Assembly: GCF_963975365.1 (NCBI RefSeq)
Contig: NZ_CAXBGF010000006.1
Coordinates: 57,718 to 121,717, forward strand
Origin: an uncultured Maribacter sp.
GTDB taxonomy: Bacteria > Bacteroidota > Bacteroidia > Flavobacteriales > Flavobacteriaceae
Reading direction: 5' to 3'
Length of the DNA: 64,000 nucleotides
Below are positions 59,974 through 64,000 of the stretch, piece by piece. Below the pieces are notes generated by a model, which saw nothing but the letters and a program-made list of their open reading frames with translations, was not told where the DNA came from and made no database searches. Position 1 is the stretch's first letter, and each line of letters begins with the position of its first letter. The position numbers and the translations under genes were made by a program.

Positions 59974-60399
59974 TTAGAATTGTTTAATATATAACCCACT
60001 ATTCTTCAACTTGAATCCTAAGCTTTTATATAGAGCGATTGCCGCGGTTCTATGGTGTCCACTGAATAAGAGTACATCGTTTAAATTTTCTTTTTCAGCT
60101 TGTTCTAAAAGTTTTTCCATTAGCTTTCTTCCAATACCTTTTCCACGGTATTCAGAGGATACAACTACATCTTCTATCATTCCCTTGTGGCCTGAAACCA
60201 CTTTATATTTTGCCATCATTGCTATTCCCGTTAAAACGTTTCCGTCCATACAGATTACTACATCGGTTGTTTTGTAATCCGACAAAACAGTGGATAGGTC
60301 CAACTGGGTTAATTCTGCATTAAGTTGCTTGTATAGCTCAGTAAGCTGTAATTGCAATGCAGCTGTTACTTCATTTTTAGTTAGTAGTTGAATAGTCAT
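59974..60399 (-). CDS. GNAT-family N-acetyltransferase
   Basis: 141 aa with acetyl-CoA-binding motif A (VVVSSEYRGKGIGRKLM). Confidence 0.9.
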   Translation of the reverse strand: MTIQLLTKNEVTAALQLQLTELYKQLNAELTQLDLSTVLSDYKTTDVVICMDGNVLTGIAMMAKYKVVSGHKGMIEDVVVSSEYRGKGIGRKLMEKLLEQAEKENLNDVLLFSGHHRTAAIALYKSLGFKLKNSGLYIKQF

Positions 60400-60437
60400 A
60401 AATAGTATATAATTTATATAGTGCTAAATAGTATTCA

Positions 60438-61034
60438 CTAGCCTTTATGCCTTTCTAGTAAAACCATCATCATTAGTCCGAGTATAATGATATCATCATC
60501 GTTTCCATTCAATTTTATTAATTCACTAACCTTAAAACGACGACCGACCAAAGATTTTTCTTTAGAAAGTCTAACCACGGTTTCATTATTGCCGTTAATG
60601 ACTAAATAGGCAGGGTTTAGAAATAGGCCGGTAAACAAATTAATAAGAGGTATTTGACCAACTAGGCCGTCTAGAACTTTAACCCAAGCATTTTCTTCTC
60701 GTATGGTGTACTTTAATTGCTTGTTCTTGTCGAAAATCTCATAATGTGCTTTCCAAATAGAAGCCCAACCTTTGCGGCCTATTTTACCGAATTCTTGTCC
60801 CATAGGGTCTGAAAACGAATAGCAGGCAGAGAAATCGATCCACCGATCTGCTTTAATGGTGTAAAGTAGCTTGGTTTTGCTTTCATTTTCATAAACCCCA
60901 ACATCTTCTTTGAATTTAAAAAGCTTTTGTTTAACATAAGCCACTGTTTTCTTATCGGCATCAACAGCAGTAAAGTCATTGGATAAGGTGCCTATGTGAA
61001 AAGTAAAATCAAGTGGAAATTTATAATCTTGCAT
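60438..61034 (-). CDS. Hypothetical protein, possibly Tubby-C-like (scramblase/LURP-one-related) fold
   Basis: 198 aa, beta-rich with a hydrophobic C-terminal helix (IIILGLMMMVLL). Family assignment is a guess from overall pattern. Confidence 0.4.
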   Translation of the reverse strand: MQDYKFPLDFTFHIGTLSNDFTAVDADKKTVAYVKQKLFKFKEDVGVYENESKTKLLYTIKADRWIDFSACYSFSDPMGQEFGKIGRKGWASIWKAHYEIFDKNKQLKYTIREENAWVKVLDGLVGQIPLINLFTGLFLNPAYLVINGNNETVVRLSKEKSLVGRRFKVSELIKLNGNDDDIIILGLMMMVLLERHKG

Positions 61035-61183
61035 ATGTGGTCAGTTAGATTGTTGGCTTTATGGCTTACTTTTAATCCTTTTTTCAAAAATGGATATCAT
61101 ATTAAATCTGAATTCGAAAATTATATGACTTTGATTTAAGGTTAATTTCTAAAATTCAGAAAATAAGCTGAAAAGCCATGTAA

Positions 61184-61885
61184 TTAATTATATGCTTTCA
61201 CTTCTCCCATAGATATTGATATTGGACCAAATTTGTGATAGGCAGGTAGTAAAGCACCACTTTCAGTTTCTATCCAACCTTCCCAAGTAGCTTCTAAGCC
61301 ACCTATAGGTATTATTTTGGTCCAAAGCTTAAAACTTTTCGGCATTCCGTTAGGTTCAATAATCCATAAATAAGAATCTCCCGGTGTATCACCACCTTGT
61401 GTATAGGTTACTAGTAGGGCTTCAGAACCATCTTCCATATCTACCAAATAACGTTCCGTGCCTCGGTCGAAAATCTTATAAGGAGCAACAAGCCAAAAAG
61501 AATCATTGTTGAAGTAACGCTGTGCAACTTCAATAAGATTTTGGGTAGTTTCATATGAAGCGGCCTCATTATTTACATATGCCTTGCTTGAGTGGGGAGT
61601 TATTAAATCTAGTTCAACAACATTATCTCCCCAAGAAACTTTTACCATAGCTTTTTCTCGATTCCATTTATAGGAGTGATCTCCTCTAAAAGACCACTCA
61701 ATAATCTTTGTGTTATTAAAATTCTTATAATGTAGGGCATCAAGCATTCTGTAGGCTAAAGCATCAGCTTCCGGCCCTAATTCGCCAGTTGGTAAAGGCT
61801 TGTTGTAGAGATAATATAGAACACCAAAACCTATGGTAACTAACAAAATCAGAAGCGCTAATATTTTAAATAATTTATTTAACAT
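61184..61885 (-). CDS. Hypothetical membrane-anchored protein
   Basis: 233-aa ORF with an N-terminal TM anchor (ILALLILLVTIGFGVLYYL). No family recognised. Confidence 0.55.
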   Translation of the reverse strand: MLNKLFKILALLILLVTIGFGVLYYLYNKPLPTGELGPEADALAYRMLDALHYKNFNNTKIIEWSFRGDHSYKWNREKAMVKVSWGDNVVELDLITPHSSKAYVNNEAASYETTQNLIEVAQRYFNNDSFWLVAPYKIFDRGTERYLVDMEDGSEALLVTYTQGGDTPGDSYLWIIEPNGMPKSFKLWTKIIPIGGLEATWEGWIETESGALLPAYHKFGPISISMGEVKAYN

Positions 61886-61959
61886 GGGTTATTTAAATAA
61901 TTCATTTACAATTAATTAAGTGATATTTTATAATGGTGAGTTCAAAAGTTTAGACTCAT

Positions 61960-63651
61960 CTAAAACCCAATTGCAGCATCATCTCCACGCTTATCTGCCC
62001 CACCTTCTAATTTACCATTTGATAAAACTCTAATGGCATCAACCTTACCTATTATTGGAGTGCGTTCTTCATTAATTAAATAGCCTTTAGATTTTAAATG
62101 TTCCATTAATGTAGGTGAAAATCCGTTTGGTTCAAAGATGACCATATCTGGTAGCCATTGATGATGAAAACGCGGAGCGTTTACGGCATCTTGCATGCTC
62201 ATTTTAAATTCATATCCATTTAATATGGTTTGTGCAACAGCGGTAATAATAGTAGACCCACCTGGGGTGCCAACAACCATCCATAGTTTGCCATCGCGCT
62301 CAACAATAGTAGGGGTCATACTACTAAGCATTCTTTTTTCAGCTTCTATTCCATTTGCTTCTGCACCAACCAGTCCGAACATATTGGGGACACCTGCTTT
62401 GGAGCTGAAATCATCCATTTCATTATTTAAGAAGAAGCCAAGTTCATCAGAATATAATTTCGATCCGAAATTGCCATTTAAGGTCGTGGTTACTGAAACC
62501 GCGTTACCATCTGTATCAACTATAGAGTAGTGGGTTGTTTCCATGCTTTCTGCAATTTCCACCATACCTTGAGAAACATCCTCTGACTTTGTGGCTTTTT
62601 CAAATGAAAAATTAGACATTCGTTCTTTTATGTAGTCGTCTTTAAGTAATTCAACTAAAGGAATTTCGACAAAATCAGGATCACCTAAATAGAAATTTCT
62701 GTCGGCATAGGCACGGCGCGAGGCTTCAGTGAATAGTTGAATGGTTTTCTCTGAATTATGTCCGAACGATGCGATATCATAAGGTTCAATCATTTCAAAA
62801 ATTTGATTCATGGTAACACCTCCACTACTTGGTGGACCCATAGAAATGATGTTTAAATCTCTGTATTTAAACGTAATTGGTTTTCTCCAAACAGCTTGGT
62901 AATTTGCTAAATCTTCTTCGGTTACAAATCCACCATTTGCCTGAATAAAACTTGCTAGTTTTTGAGCTACTTCGCCTTTGTAAAACCCATCTCTTCCCTT
63001 TTCAGCTATCGTACGTAACGTTTTTGCGAGTTTAGGATACTTTATAAGTTCACCCTCTTTATAAACTGAAGCGAATTTAGTACTGTCGCCATTCACTTTA
63101 ATGAAAACTTCTCGGTAATTATCAAGCATTTCGGCTTGTTTAGCCGTAACAATAACCCCATTTTCCGCTAAGGCAATTACAGGATCGAAAATATCTTTTA
63201 AGGGTAGTTTTCCGAATTTTTGATGGACTTCTATGATACCTGCTACCGAACCGGGTACACCAACAGAGGTAGCGCCTAATGTGCTCATATTGGGAATTAC
63301 ATTGCCTAAAGAGTCTAAATACATATCTCTATGGGCGGATTTAGGTGCTTTTTCCCTAAAATCCAAAGAGCCAATTTCGCCATTTGCACTTCTGTATACC
63401 ATGAATCCGCCACCGCTAATATTTCCTGCGCGTGGATATGCGACAGCAAGGGCTAACTGTGTACCAATCATAGCATCAAAAGCATTGCCTCCTTTTTGCA
63501 TGATATCACTGCCTATTTTTGAGGCTTCTTCTCGTGCAGAAACGACCATGGCTTTATCGGTAACAGTTCCCGTTGGGCTGGCAGGATTCTCTTTACAACT
63601 GCTAAGTATTACAATTACAGTAAGTGTCAGTATAAATTTTAGTTGATTCAT
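61960..63651 (-). CDS. ggt: Gamma-glutamyltransferase
   Basis: 563 aa. Lipoprotein signal, autoprocessing Thr region (ETTHYSIVD) and a C-terminal GGADKRGDD. Confidence 0.95.
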   Translation of the reverse strand: MNQLKFILTLTVIVILSSCKENPASPTGTVTDKAMVVSAREEASKIGSDIMQKGGNAFDAMIGTQLALAVAYPRAGNISGGGFMVYRSANGEIGSLDFREKAPKSAHRDMYLDSLGNVIPNMSTLGATSVGVPGSVAGIIEVHQKFGKLPLKDIFDPVIALAENGVIVTAKQAEMLDNYREVFIKVNGDSTKFASVYKEGELIKYPKLAKTLRTIAEKGRDGFYKGEVAQKLASFIQANGGFVTEEDLANYQAVWRKPITFKYRDLNIISMGPPSSGGVTMNQIFEMIEPYDIASFGHNSEKTIQLFTEASRRAYADRNFYLGDPDFVEIPLVELLKDDYIKERMSNFSFEKATKSEDVSQGMVEIAESMETTHYSIVDTDGNAVSVTTTLNGNFGSKLYSDELGFFLNNEMDDFSSKAGVPNMFGLVGAEANGIEAEKRMLSSMTPTIVERDGKLWMVVGTPGGSTIITAVAQTILNGYEFKMSMQDAVNAPRFHHQWLPDMVIFEPNGFSPTLMEHLKSKGYLINEERTPIIGKVDAIRVLSNGKLEGGADKRGDDAAIGF

Positions 63652-63706
63652 AGTTAGTTGAATTATTAGTTTATATAAATGAGGGTATTTTATTGTAATA
63701 GAGGTG

Positions 63707-64000
63707 TTATTTGTTATTTTTAATTTCCAATGAAATCAATTTATGCTTGGAGAAAGTAATTAGCTCTTCGAAAAAATCGGAAAATTCTTCTTCAAAGGCA
63801 TCGTAATGTTCTTCAAGGTCTAAAATAGCAAAATTCATTTTAGATTTATTTTTAGTTCTACGATTCATGCCATTTAGCACGCGCGCTATACCGTCCATTT
63901 TAGAATAGTTATAAATCCAATTGTCGGCAATCATATACGGCATCATTCGTTTCACCCCATCAGGCAATATCTTATAATTATCCTCTAAAAGGTCATAAAA
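63707..64000 (-). CDS. Hypothetical protein; 5' end lies outside the window
   Basis: The reading frame stays open upstream of the TTG at 63967 to the window edge (FYDLLEDNYKILPDGVKRMM...). No family recognised. Confidence 0.4.
   Translation of the reverse strand, partial: FYDLLEDNYKILPDGVKRMMPYMIADNWIYNYSKMDGIARVLNGMNRRTKNKSKMNFAILDLEEHYDAFEEEFSDFFEELITFSKHKLISLEIKNNK

Overview
AT-rich (~35% GC by eye), densely coding chromosomal segment that looks like a marine Flavobacteriaceae (Bacteroidota). The clues are T9SS-family genes (a DUF4835/PorD-like protein and a PorP/SprF protein), TAnnTTTG -7 promoter boxes, no Shine-Dalgarno signals and many lipoprotein signal peptides. Most genes are housekeeping: recN, fabI, coaE, miaA, smpB, pcm, clpB, glyA, pheT, leuA-leuB, panB, lspA and ggt, plus an SRP RNA that the ORF track cannot show. 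I saw no rRNA, tRNA, CRISPR array, transposase, integrase or prophage. Six things deserve a second look. (1) A minus-strand cluster at 24.9-29.6 kb holds an orphan LytTR regulator with a degenerate receiver domain. Next to it is an unannotated 57-codon exported CxxC peptide gene with its own terminator and upstream direct repeats, followed by a TPR sensor kinase/LuxR regulator pair. (2) An SOS-like module at 56.8-60.0 kb has an HTH_XRE+S24 (non-canonical LexA-like) repressor divergent from a radical-SAM/TIGR03915 putative DNA-repair pair, with three TGGA-N5-TCCA sites in the shared promoter region. (3) Three decayed genes for exported proteins carry in-frame stops and homopolymer frameshifts (37.1-38.2 kb, 48.4-48.9 kb, 53.4-54.4 kb). 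(4) A PorP/SprF protein is fused to a coiled-coil region and a SPOR-like domain. (5) A Kv-type channel has a C-terminal zinc ribbon. (6) LeuA lacks its regulatory domain. All family assignments come from motif recognition by eye; no database search was run.
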